Under the pieces are notes generated by a model. That model was given only the letters and a program-made list of their open reading frames with translations, searched no databases and was not told the DNA's origin. A program made the position numbers and the translations under genes. DNA of 63,437 nt, filler included, from Phoronis australis (taxonomy: Eukaryota; Animalia; Phoronida): the NCBI GenBank assembly GCA_002633005.1. It is 6 parts of 6 records of this genome, joined end to end, with 100 filler letters (N's around TTAATTAATTAA, not from the genome) between each part and the next. Parts side by side here need not be neighbours in the genome. Positions count along the whole stretch, not along the records: positions 3,277 to 29,871 come from NMRA01000703.1; positions 29,972 to 52,604 come from NMRA01001320.1; 4 more parts are not named here. The stretch is one strand, 5' to 3'. This document shows positions 24,414 to 35,504 of the stretch, one piece after another. Numbering within the stretch: the stretch's first letter is position 1; each line of letters begins with the position of its first letter.

Positions 24414-26395
24414 GTGAGTATTTTTATTTTGTTTCTGTAGTTTAACATAGGCCTACTGAGTTAAAATGTACTGTAAGCATGCACAGATATATACGCGAAG
24501 CGTCACCTCTTATGTTTATCATCGTGCACTGTTCCGCAACATCTGTCACGCGTTCTGACGAGAGTTGGCAGTCCTTTCTATAGCAGTCTACGTGAAATAA
24601 CTAACTTTTCACGTAGAACATTTACGGGTCTCGACCTATGCCTTAGTCAGTCGTCCAAATGTGATTTATTAACTTGACAAGAACTGACAACTCGTTTTTG
24701 CTCGATACCATGCTCTGCTGTCTTCTGGTTCAAGCCGGCTTATTTGCGAAACGAAACGAAACATGCCTTATTAACTTGATTTTGCAAAAGGAGCAAACTA
24801 AAAACGGTAGACGGGCGCCGACAGTCAAACTGCGGTCAGGGCGCCGTCTTATTACTATCGTGGCCATTTTTCTAAACTCGTACCATCACCCCTAGACCCC
24901 TAAAATGTCGATTCAATTTATTCCACAGGTGGCTCATCCAAAACTGTATTTTGGAAAAAGAGCAAACTTGAAACGATAGAATGACGCCAACGGTGAAAAT
25001 ATGTTGATGGCGCTGTCTAGTTTACGGACATAGAGTCAGTGAGCCAAGTTTGAGAGGCTGGGCACGAGTTTGGGTGCGTAACCCGGGTGTAATTTAATAT
25101 GAATTTTTTGACGGGGAGCAGCAGAAAATTGGGGAATCCACCCACAGAGTCAACTCAATAAAGCGGGGTCCATCTCCGTGAAAAGATCACTCTTTCCTAA
25201 AGTTTTTGTTCCATAAGCACGACATTTTCGTAAGAAATATTTCCAGAAACCTAACTTTTTCTCAGGAATTTTTGAACGGCCGTCTTAGAAATTGGTTTTG
25301 GAATGTTTTCACAAGTTGCTTTCAAAACTTATGCTTTATATGATATTATTTTATTTATATCATATGAAATTGCTTCATGTTTTGATTCTGTTGTTTTGAT
25401 ATGAATATACCTTCCTTTTTCACTAAATTTTCATAAAAAGCGTGGCCACGTGACCTAATTAATGGCAGATAGGTAGGAGTCAAATCCAAATTCTACAGTA
25501 TTTCTGCTTTCAGACAATATATACTTTTACTTAGTAAGATTCTATATTTTTATAGATATTGTGCTAAATGTACAGATTTGTGGACGACGCAACGCGAAAG
25601 TCCGTCACAAATATCTTTTAAACAATTCCTGCCGAAAGTATCTCGCAACGTCTACTACGGAGTTATTCACTTTCGCCTGTGAGGAAATTTCTAGAAAAAA
25701 ACACAAAATTCACGATGTTTGAAATACGCACATAAGTAAACTTTGTAGTCCCCACAGAGTTTCTAATCTGTCTCCCTCTTAAGTATATGCGCGCACAGTC
25801 ATTCGACAAATAACTGACCGACAAGATATATATTAACAGCACAGTACCATGTGTGATTGCACTCCGAATCTGAGATAAACGGCAACCCAGTAAACCAACT
25901 TGGGAATTTTCCAAAAATAATTCCTGCGTTTTATAAAATATCTGATACGATATGTTTATAACTAATTTTAGACAGGACTTGCATCAATTGCATCTTAATC
26001 GGACTGGCTGCTGCTTAAGTCGCAATTATTTTGTTTACATCAAAGGTCCATGGTCACATTTTCCATATAAGGGAAAAGTGCGACGTCTATATCTTGCCAT
26101 ATCAAATAAGGAGACGTGCTCGACGAAGTGTCGAGTGAATGATAGATCGTTTTTTTTTGGAAATTTGAAACTAAAAGGTAAATGCTTTGACACCAACAGA
26201 AATTCAAAATCTTTACCAATAAACGGTAAAATTACTTGGTGAGTGGGTTGAATTCTGTTTCAGTGGCAGAGAACCACTCTGAATAAAGCAATTTAGTTTG
26301 TCCAGGCCTCTTTAACAACAGTGAGAGCCTGGAGACTAAATGCGTAAACAGAAGAAACTATCTCGCTTTTACGTAGGCCTACACTCATGTATATC

Positions 26396-27277
26396 CATAG
26401 GCGGATTTAGGGGGGGGGGCCAGGGGGCCNNNNNNNNNNNNNNNNNNNNNNNNNNNNNNNNNNNNNNNNNNNNNNNNNNNNNNNNNNNNNNNNNNNNNNN
26501 NNNNNNNNNNNNNNNNNNNNNNNNNNNNNNNNNNNNNNNNNNNNNNNNNNNNNNNNNNNNNNNNNNNNNNNNNNNNNNNNNNNNNNNNNNNNNNNNNNNN
26601 NNNNNNNNNNNNNNNNNNNNNNNNNNNNNNNNNNNNNNNNNNNNNNNNNNNNNNNNNNNNNNNNNNNNNNNNNNNNNNNNNNNNNNNNNNNNNNNNNNNN
26701 NNNNNNNNNNNNNNNNNNNNNNNNNNNNNNNNNNNNNNNNNNNNNNNNNNNNNNNNNNNNNNNNNNNNNNNNNNNNNNNNNNNNNNNNNNNNNNNNNNNN
26801 NNNNNNNNNNNNNNNNNNNNNNNNNNNNNNNNNNNNNNNNNNNNNNNNNNNNNNNNNNNNNNNNNNNNNNNNNNNNNNNNNNNNNNNNNNNNNNNNNNNN
26901 NNNNNNNNNNNNNNNNNNNNNNNNNNNNNNNNNNNNNNNNNNNNNNNNNNNNNNNNNNNNNNNNNNNNNNNNNNNNNNNNNNNNNNNNNNNNNNNNNNNN
27001 NNNNNNNNNNNNNNNNNNNNNNNNNNNNNNNNNNNNNNNNNNNNNNNNNNNNNNNNNNNNNNNNNNNNNNNNNNNNNNNNNNNNNNNNNNNNNNNNNNNN
27101 NNNNNNNNNNNNNNNNNNNNNNNNNNNNNNNNNNNNNNNNNNNNNNNNNNNNNNNNNNNNNNNNNNNNNNNNNNNNNNNNNNNNNNNNNNNNNNNNNNNN
27201 NNNNNNNNNNNNNNNNNNNNNNNNNNNNNNNNNNNNNNNNNNNCCCCCCCCCCTTGTGATATCCTAGATCCGCCACT
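26396..27277. mobile_element. GC-rich MITE ends flanking a scaffold gap in the GPCR intron
   Basis: ggcggatttagggggg...[N gap]...cccttgtgatatcctagatccgccactg. A near-identical terminus, cagtggaagatctaggatatcacaaggg, recurs near 60918. Confidence 0.5.
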
Positions 27278-27310
27278 GATATCTGACAGTCACTTAGAGC
27301 AGCAGCCATG

Positions 27311-27459
27311 GGGGTAGGGCCACAACAGGGCCATGGCCGTTAGTTGCAATGTACTCACGGGGGTAGGGCCACAACAGGGCCATGGCCGTTAGTTGCAATG
27401 TACTCACGGGGGTAGGGCCACAACGGGGCCATGGCCGTTAGTTGCAATGTACTCACGGG
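27311..27459. repeat. 49-bp tandem repeat, 3 copies
   Basis: ggggtagggccacaacagggccatggccgttagttgcaatgtactcacg. Confidence 0.95.
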
Positions 27460-27653
27460 TTGCCACTCATTTTAGCCATTGTCGCCCCCACTACCTATAG
27501 AATAGTTATGGCTACGCCAGTGCTCAGTTTCTCGGATTTTTCGGGAGTGGGGATTAAGGGTGGTTGAGGAGAACACTAAATCCGATAGGTCTTTTTTGCA
27601 ATGAACAATGACACTGACTGACTATTTAGAATGGTGTGATCAAAACATTACGA

Positions 27654-27770
27654 GTACTTAGCAGGCCTACACTGTACTTAGCAGGCCTACACTGTACTTA
27701 GCAGGCCTACACTGTACTTAGCAGGCCTACACTGTACTTAGCAGGCCTACACTGTACTTAGCAGGCCTAC
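27654..27770. repeat. 20-bp tandem repeat, about 6 copies
   Basis: gtacttagcaggcctacact. Confidence 0.95.
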
Positions 27771-28350
27771 CTTTTAAGTGCTAAAGTGTGAGGTTACGAA
27801 ACTGAAATGGCTTCACAGAATTGATTGCAACAGTCAAAAGTCATCACAATTCATTGAAAGGAGCTTTTAGATATTATATCGTCGATTTATGGAATCGATG
27901 ACTATTTCTTTTGAAGATGTTGCTATAGTAACGGCTACGCCCGATGTCCAACCTAAACACAGCGGTTAATTTGCGGAAATAAATTGGAAGGGGGACTCGA
28001 AAATAGATCTTTAAATATGCTGTAATGAGCAGATGTAGTGAAATTTACGGCGGCGTACCGAAAATCGAGCCAATCGCACAAACCACTAGCTACAGTAAAT
28101 TCATTGTCCAAGAATACGATTCGTCTGTACGTCTGTTCGTCTTTGGCATGGCTCAGTGCTTGACAATGTATGCTTCAGTGGCTCGTGCGGATGACTCGAT
28201 GCTCAAGCGTGGTAATGTCTGGCCTGCTGACTGACATGCGATTATCTGAAGTGGACGTGTATCAATAGTGTCTTCGCAAATACATGAAGGCCTCTTGAAT
28301 TCTTATTAACTCGGCATAATTGTCAAACGAATTACACGATCTCGTTCCAG

Positions 28351-28950
28351 CTAGTGATCAGTGCTGTGACAGCTTTCATATCCCCACCCCTCCCAGCACT
28401 CATCATGGTCTCCCCGATAGTGCGTTACGTGGAGCTCGATTGTCCCTTCAACCTACTCGGCTTCGTCTCGTTTCTCTCTTACAACATCGTACTTGTCGTC
28501 TCGTGTAGCCTCTACGCTTTCAAAACGCGTAAATTGCCGCAAAACTTCAACGAATCTCGCTTCATCTCTATGTGTGTGTATACAACTGTCATAATCTGGA
28601 TCGCCTTCATTCCCACGTACTTCACGACGGGGACTTCGTATTACAGAGTTCTTCTACTTTCACTGGCGCTCATCACCAACGACACTATCATCTTGATATT
28701 CCTGTTCTTACCCAAGATATACGCCCTGCTTTACGTGGATGAAGACGACATGAAACTGAATACGTTTGGCAGTCCGACAAGTGTTTATCCGACCCAAGCG
28801 ACGTTTGTCGGTAAAACGATGTCTAGCTTGGCGTCGGCGAATTTACCAGCCGCTGCCAACACATCATCCGCGTCCTTCAAAACACAGGAAGTCTCAATTC
28901 TGAAAAACATTGACCATGACATGGGCGTGCTTCCTCCGGTAAAAGGTTGA
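28351..28950 (+). CDS. mGluR-like class C GPCR, exon 2 (TM4-TM7 and C-tail)
   Basis: Acceptor ttccag|CTA joins in frame. Motifs YAFKTRKLPQNFNESRFI, YTTVIIWIAFIP, FLPKIY. Stop at 28948-28950 with AATAAA near 28964. Confidence 0.93.
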   Translation, partial: LVISAVTAFISPPLPALIMVSPIVRYVELDCPFNLLGFVSFLSYNIVLVVSCSLYAFKTRKLPQNFNESRFISMCVYTTVIIWIAFIPTYFTTGTSYYRVLLLSLALITNDTIILIFLFLPKIYALLYVDEDDMKLNTFGSPTSVYPTQATFVGKTMSSLASANLPAAANTSSASFKTQEVSILKNIDHDMGVLPPVKG

Positions 28951-29871
28951 AAATGGTTAGAAGAATAAAAAGTAATCAGTTGCAGTCCAAGCCAGTGCGG
29001 CGATACAAATTAAGTTGTTTAGGGTCATTTGGCTACCATAAGAGGCCATCCAGAGACTAAAACGAGAAGAAGGGGAGATCTGTGCAAAGTTGCATGAAAT
29101 ATTCCCTAATAGAGACTCACTGAACTGAGTTATCTGTGTGTCTGTAGGCCTATCGTTCTTTACTCCAAATCGTATGTGTTTCTATAACAATAAGTCTATA
29201 AATTGAGCCCCCAGTTCAACGTATATCAATAGGAACCTAGTCTTTAAGTTAGAGACGTTCCTTCAAAAATCATTTCTTACTTTCAATCCTTAGTGAAAAC
29301 TCAATGTAGAGTTCACTCGCGCCAATTTGTGTTTTCACAGAACTTCAAATGCAGCGAATGCAGGTTACGGGACATAGTTGAGTTACCATTAGGGAAAATT
29401 TCATGCAACCCGGGCACACTAACCTGTTTCATGAAAGTGACTAACTGTTCTGTGAGTAACTAGCCGTTATGTGTATATTGTCAGAGACTGCACTTTTTAC
29501 AAAAGTGAGATTTCAGTATTTATCAGAAATACATATTTGGAGCGTAAGACCAATTTCCGTGCTTAAAGTCTTCTCTCTAACTGCCCATGTGGTTCCAGTA
29601 TCCGAAAATACTTACTGCATAAAATCTTATTTTCGACACCCTTTCTTTATATTCTTTTCGCTTTTCTTGCCAAAAGCGATTTTTTAACAGTATTTGACCA
29701 TTCTCTGTGAGCGTATAATTACCGGCTGTCATCGGTTATTTCCGTACCCACATTTCCGGCTCATCAGTTCAGGAACTTGTCCTGAACGCCGCCATTTTTT
29801 CCTTGTAACTGAATGTGCTATGGCTTGCTCGAAAAGTCTTCATTATTTTGTTTTATTAGTAATATCTCGTG

Positions 29872-29971
29872 NNNNNNNNNNNNNNNNNNNNNNNNNNNNN
29901 NNNNNNNNNNNNNNNTTAATTAATTAANNNNNNNNNNNNNNNNNNNNNNNNNNNNNNNNNNNNNNNNNNNN
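29872..29971. other. Artificial contig spacer
   Basis: N44-TTAATTAATTAA-N44. Confidence 0.95.
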
Positions 29972-30682
29972 GCATGACCCCTGAGTTAAGTACAATGATG
30001 ATGTAATTTGTTTACTACAGAATAGTATGGAACTTTCTAGAAGACTGAGGTCAGAACAGTGATGATGTAATTTGTTTACTACAGTATAGTGTGGAACTTT
30101 CTAGAAGACTGTAGCATGACAGTGATTGATGAAGCCTGGAATATTCTAGAGACTAGTATATGTTTGTAGAATGATTGGGTAGGTTCCAGAAAGTTCTGGT
30201 ATGTGCTTGAATTGATGAAAAGTTCCAGAACAATGCGTTAGTCTATAAATACACAAGCACGGGTTTGTGTTAGTCAGATTAGATCGAGTTGAGTTAGAGA
30301 TTAGTGACTTGAGTCCAAGAAGATTAAGTGAGTTGAGTCTAAGAAGATCAAGTCGGGAGATCAAGTGAGATCAAGTAAGTTCAAGTAAGGAGAACTACAG
30401 TTGAGTTGCAGTGAAGAGAAGCAGCAGTTACAGCGATAGTCAATAGAGAGCCAGCTATAGTGAAAGCAGGTTATTGAATCGAGTGTAACAGTTGCTGGAA
30501 GTATCTCAGAAGTTCATCACAAGTCAAGGCTTCGCAGCACTGGCTGGAGCATAAACAGACATTACGTCGGACGTTTTGTTTGAGTAGGCTTGTGAACGTA
30601 CGGTCGGGATTAATAAAGGATTAACTAGAACCAGTCTTCAGTCAATCTTCGCACCGAAAGCTATTAGCACCGGTCTGTAACA
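29972..30682 (+). mobile_element. Probable LTR (solo or 3' LTR), 5' end cut by the contig edge
   Basis: U3-like internal repeats (tgatgatgtaatttgtttactacag twice), TATAAATA near 30245, AATAAA at 30612, ending TGTAACA with no PBS after it. Confidence 0.5.
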
Positions 30683-31417
30683 ACCTGCGCCCACCCACAC
30701 ACGGGGAAAAACGTGACAGCCACTTGGGTCTGATTTGAACAAAGCTAGGAGATCGTGAACAAAAGTTCCCCCCGAGCTCGGATTCTACAAGTGATGGGTG
30801 ATACTAACCGAGCAGTTCTTCTCTAATACCTATCTACATGTAGCTATGCCAGCGCAGAGACAGAAATCGATGTTGCACTTTATCCATTAAGTGCACCATG
30901 TTGGCTACAGTAAGATTAAAAAACGGACAATGGTGTGTATAAGGTTAAATGTCACAACTGTAAGAAATTCTATATTGGACTCAAACAAAGACGTCTCTGT
31001 GACAGGCTGAAAAAACACAAAAGAACAATAAATGAGCATTAAATCCAGGTTTTCACTGACACCTCTGCATACCTTCACTAGTAAAACAGAGCTCTGAGGA
31101 GCAGGAAACATTTTTTCTGCAATGCTCAATGCAGGAAAGCCTGGATTCGAGCCCGGGTCTCCCAAACGGGAGTCCGGAGCACAAACTCCTTACTCAAAAT
31201 GTCTCCTCATTATTTGTCTCATTAAAGCCATTTGTGCCATTAATGAGTGTAAAACAGGTGACTTACGTGATAGATCGTCATGCCCGTGAAGTGTGCGCCG
31301 TATGAGCTCAGACGGAGGATCGTAGTCCTCTCGCCCCCTGTGTAGTTAACACACTGTACCATCCCCAAGTTTGTGAAGCAGACCCTGAAAAGAGTTCAGT
31401 GTGTTAATCAAGCTCAT

Positions 31418-31503
31418 TCTCTCTCTCTCTCTCTCTCTCCCTCTCTCTCTCCCTCTCCCTCTCCCTCTCCCTCTCCCTCTCCCTTTCCCTCTCTCTCTCT
31501 TCT
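31418..31503. repeat. (CT)n/(CTCTCC)n microsatellite
   Basis: Seen directly in the sequence. Confidence 0.95.
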
Positions 31504-32750
31504 TTGCTTTAAAGGAGTAATTTCATACGTTACAAGTTACCAGTCGAAACTTGAATATCGTATCAATCAGTCAAACGGCGTCAAGCTGGTACATGAAGTT
31601 GGTGTCGTATTACTTTCTCTTGGGTTGGCCTAACTCCAAAAAAAGGAAAATTTGTTACGTGAAGACTGCTTATAATAAACAAAAAATAATTTATCGCAAC
31701 TTTGTCGCCACTCTTGCTCAGAAACTTAGCCATGTTCCAGGTTTAATAAAGTCTTTAAAATAAATATCTGAACGACCCAGTACTATCTGCATTGGTGCAC
31801 CCTAATTCACCACAGGCCAAAGTTGACATAAATCATTAAGTATTTACATTATTTATGTTCCGTTTTTGTTTACCACTTCCACTCATTGTCAGCGCAAGCA
31901 CGTGAATCTCAACTTTGTAGTCTCGTGAAAATTCTGAGCAAAACCCCAACGGAACAAAATATGATATATCTAGATACCCACAGCTTTTAAAATTTCAACC
32001 CCACTTTTATTTCCGTGGATCCAGTGTGAAATGAAAAATGCTATCATTTGCTATGGGCTTGAGTATCCACTTTTCCTGGTCACTCGGGTATAACATTGGT
32101 CTGGATGTGTTTTATTTTCACGGGTTAACCTGCCATCTTACGATTTGCGGCTTGAGTGATAAATTTTCGACATCCAGGTCACCTGTTTTCTGAAAATATA
32201 GATATTTGCGATCTCGTTTTCAGTGATTGGTTTCATTCTGCATTGGATGACTGGTTCCCCACAATCCACTGTAATGTGACGTAGTTGTGTATATGCAAAG
32301 GAGGTCCATTACAAGAAGAGTTCAATTTATTAATATATACAAATGAATGTTACAATTGACATGTTGTAGGAATATATATATATACAATTATTTCACAAAC
32401 CACCGGCATTTGCACACTTCTATCATGAAACTCACGGTCAATAAAAACAGACGGCATATTTAAGACGTTTCATTGGATAGCACTACATTGTGCATCTGTT
32501 CAGGCATACAACTTTCCTTCAAAGATTCTGGAAACGTACATTCACATGGTTCGGTTCAAGTTTCGCCTTGTCTCATTCTTTGCAAAGAAGCTTATTACTC
32601 ATCACTGAGAGATACGCCTAGTTTAACAGAAATTTGATAGTAAGCACAGTGACGTCATACACACAAATTGGTATTGGCATTACAAGGATGTAAAACTTTT
32701 TTACAAAGTATTTCCTCTTCCTGTGGAAATGTTCATGTGAATCGGTAAGT

Positions 32751-32769
32751 TTAGTACATGTATATATAC
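32751..32769 (-). CDS. LRP-like YWTD protein, putative terminal coding exon (GYIYMY-stop)
   Basis: gttttcag|G TAT ATA TAC ATG TAC TAA is phase-2 compatible and begins like the expected GYIYW blade. Minus-strand AATAAA at 32326-32331. Confidence 0.5.
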
Positions 32770-33275
32770 CTGAAAACGTACAGTTAAGATTAATAATTAA
32801 TCTACAGTACGAGTTACCCTATGAAAAATTCATGCGCGCACCCGCGCACACCCAGCCTTTAATATGGGGGTTCGAATTCCTGACATTGTGGATATGATAT
32901 TTTGCTAACAAAAGAACGGTCGGACTAAAACAAAAAAAAAACGGGAGCACCACAGTGAAGTGCGTGTTTGCGCTTATTTGGTGGACTTTTGTCCCATTTT
33001 CACGGACTTTTTGTCTCTGTGGGGCGGACCTTTTCGCCCANTACAGCCGTGTGATTCGAAAAGCATGCATTTGTTGTTTAGTTCCAGATATTGGATGTCG
33101 CAAGGGAGGTCAACTCACAGGCAGACAGTGCGTGTAGGGAGAATAACAGTACCACATGATCCAAGGAAAAAACGTTGTGATAGCCTGAGAAACCAAGTGA
33201 GAGTCCACTTTAGTCGTGGCTGGGAAGGAGAGAACCTGTCAGCCGGTCCCCACCCCAAAAGCCACCGGCACCTAC

Positions 33276-33456
33276 CCCATCAAGGGATGCACTGCAATTC
33301 CCCAGGGTTTCTCCAGGTTAGTGTCTATTACAGCTCGGTAAAACTTGGTGTCAGGCTCAAGTTTCGCCATCATGATCCAGTTGTAAGCGGTGTCCGTCCA
33401 ATAGACATTTCCATGCACCCAGTCGACAGCAACACCGTGGACTTCATTGGATGTAC
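33276..33456 (-). CDS. LRP-like protein exon (LDLR class B / YWTD repeat)
   Basis: GTSNEVHGVAVDWVHGNVYWTDTAYNWIMMAKL...LEKPWGIAVHPLMG; AG/GT boundaries, phase 1-2. Confidence 0.9.
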
Positions 33457-34138
33457 CTATAGAAGAGAATGAGAAGTCACGTGAAGCACAACTGAACTGG
33501 TTCTGAATTTGACATCTCTCCACTTACGATACACTACCTCGGTACTGTGCTGGACACAAATGAATAGTGATGCAGTAACATCAGAATTCTGTTGTGACAC
33601 TTAAAAGATAATAAAGCAACAGGTGACGTAAAGGCAACAAGTGATACAAAAACCACAAGTGATACAATAGTTTTATAAAACAACCTGCACAACAGCATAT
33701 GCAGTGACACCATATTCGCACTAGAGAAAAATGGCTCTGTAGGTAAGTACCACGCGGCAATCCAAACTAAGTAACATAAAGACTTTATCCATAAAATCTT
33801 CTATTAAAACAATTTATAGTCAGTGATAAACAAATTTTGGTAAGAGCATTACTTTAATCCAAACTTGATTGAAAATATCACAGTACTTTTTATTCAACTT
33901 TTTGTTATAAACTTGCTCATACTCTCTGTACGAATTCCCGCGTGCAGTTGAGCATCAAACTTCCAATACATATTACGTTGTTGAAAATTCCCTTGACAAT
34001 TTGCTTCACATATTCACACGAGAAAATTGCAAACAGCACAGAGTATGAGCAAACTAACGTCCATCAAGCTGTATAACAGAAACTGCGATTACTGTCGCGT
34101 TATTTATCAGCTGCAGTCAAAGTAACAAAATATCCCAC

Positions 34139-34402
34139 CCTCATAAATGGTGTAGATCTTCTCTGTTCCATCCATGGATAGGGACAGAATACGTTTCGCA
34201 GAACGGTCAAACGCTACTATGCTCTTCTTGGCATAGTAGAGGTCCATGTCATAAAGATTCATTCCAAATTTGTACATGTAAAATGGTTTTGGCACGTACG
34301 GGGCGTCAAACCACTTGTCGGGGTGAAGCTCGATACCGCTGATACGGGTGGCGCTTGATGTGTACATATTGTACAGTAGACTGGTACCATGGTTGTAGCG
34401 AC
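34139..34402 (-). CDS. LRP-like protein exon (start of second beta-propeller)
   Basis: GRYNHGTSLLYNMYTSSATRISGIEL...DMDLYYAKKSIVAFDRSAKRILSLSMDGT; phase 1-1. Confidence 0.75.
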
Positions 34403-34624
34403 CTATCATGAAACAAATGATTAAATTACCAGCATTATGCTTATCACCATAATTTCCTTTACACTTACTTATAAGTCCCTGCCGCACCAGCAAGCTCAAC
34501 CCATCAATACAACTGTGTGAAACATGTTGGGAATGAGTAAAAAAGAGCAATTTTGGCCATACACTGATCTACCAAATGGGTCAACGTTCAACGAGGTTTC
34601 TATTCATAATATTGAATATCTAGT

Positions 34625-34985
34625 GACAAAGTCCTTTGGTGTGGCAAGCAGTGGTGCGACAGGCCGTTGGTGTTACAGGGCCCCTGGGTTCACAATCCGT
34701 TAGTGAGCTATGTTCTTTGCGTAAAAGCACTTTGGTATGAGAAACTCCTTAGTTTGACAGACCCTTTGGTGTGACAGAGCCCCTGGTGTCACAGGGCCTT
34801 TGGAGTGACATGGCCTTTTGCGAAATAGGCACAATGGTGTGACAGTGCCTTTGGTTTGACAGACCCCTAGGTGTGACAAATCCCTTGCTGTGACAGTGCC
34901 CCCGGTGTGACAAAGACCTTCTAGTGGCATGTTCCATGGTGTGACAGTGCCCTTGGAGTGACTGGGTCCTAGGTGCGACAGTGAT
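34625..34985. repeat. Degenerate minisatellite, unit about 19-20 bp
   Basis: Recurring cc(c/t)tggtgtgacag. Confidence 0.8.
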
Positions 34986-35065
34986 AATGACCTCAATGAT
35001 GGTAAAAAATATTGATAGGCCGTCCGTCTACATCCCCCCCTATCTGCTAAGTCAAGCTCCAAAAG

Positions 35066-35313
35066 CATGCGCGCACACAGGGGGAGGGTGCTCGGGGGCT
35101 CAAAGGAGCCCCACCATTTGGCAAAGTGGGCAAAAATTCCGCCTCTGAGAAACAAAAGTCCGAGAAAATCCGACAAAAGTCCTCTAAATAAGCACAATCG
35201 CGCAATTCACAGTGGTGCCCCCGTTTTTTTTAGTCCACCCGCTTTTTTGTTACCAAAAGGTCAACGACCTCAAAAATTCGAGCTCCCCATATTGAAGGCT
35301 GGGTGCGCGCATG
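35066..35313. mobile_element. MITE with CATGCGCGCAC termini; partial relatives near 12234, 32831-33045 and 53670-53909
   Basis: catgcgcgcac...gtgcgcgcatg. The end gagctccccatattgaaggctgggtgcgcgcatg recurs in the other copies. No target duplication recognised. Confidence 0.65.
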
Positions 35314-35504
35314 AAAATTACAGTTCTTCCTACTTTTATCAATTTCCTATTTCCCCAGTCCTATCTCATTCTGCTCCATTCTTCTCTGCACCCTCATTCC
35401 ATTCTTCCCTCCGTTGCCCCTTCATACCATCCCTCCATCCCTTTACTCTCTCATGCTTCCCTTAATTCCTTTATCCATTCACGACCTCCCTCCCGGCACG
35501 TTGC

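Noticed and set aside
24414-24440. ORF-track C-terminus VSIFILFL-stop of the 738-aa ORF
   Set aside because: This is read-through into the intron past the GTGAGT donor; the true C-terminus is in exon 28351-28950.
26340-27317. 325-aa and 300-aa ORFs
   Set aside because: They are artefacts of translating through an N gap.
31135-31190. tRNA gene
   Set aside because: Only a degenerate B-box/T-arm fragment is present; at most a SINE relic.
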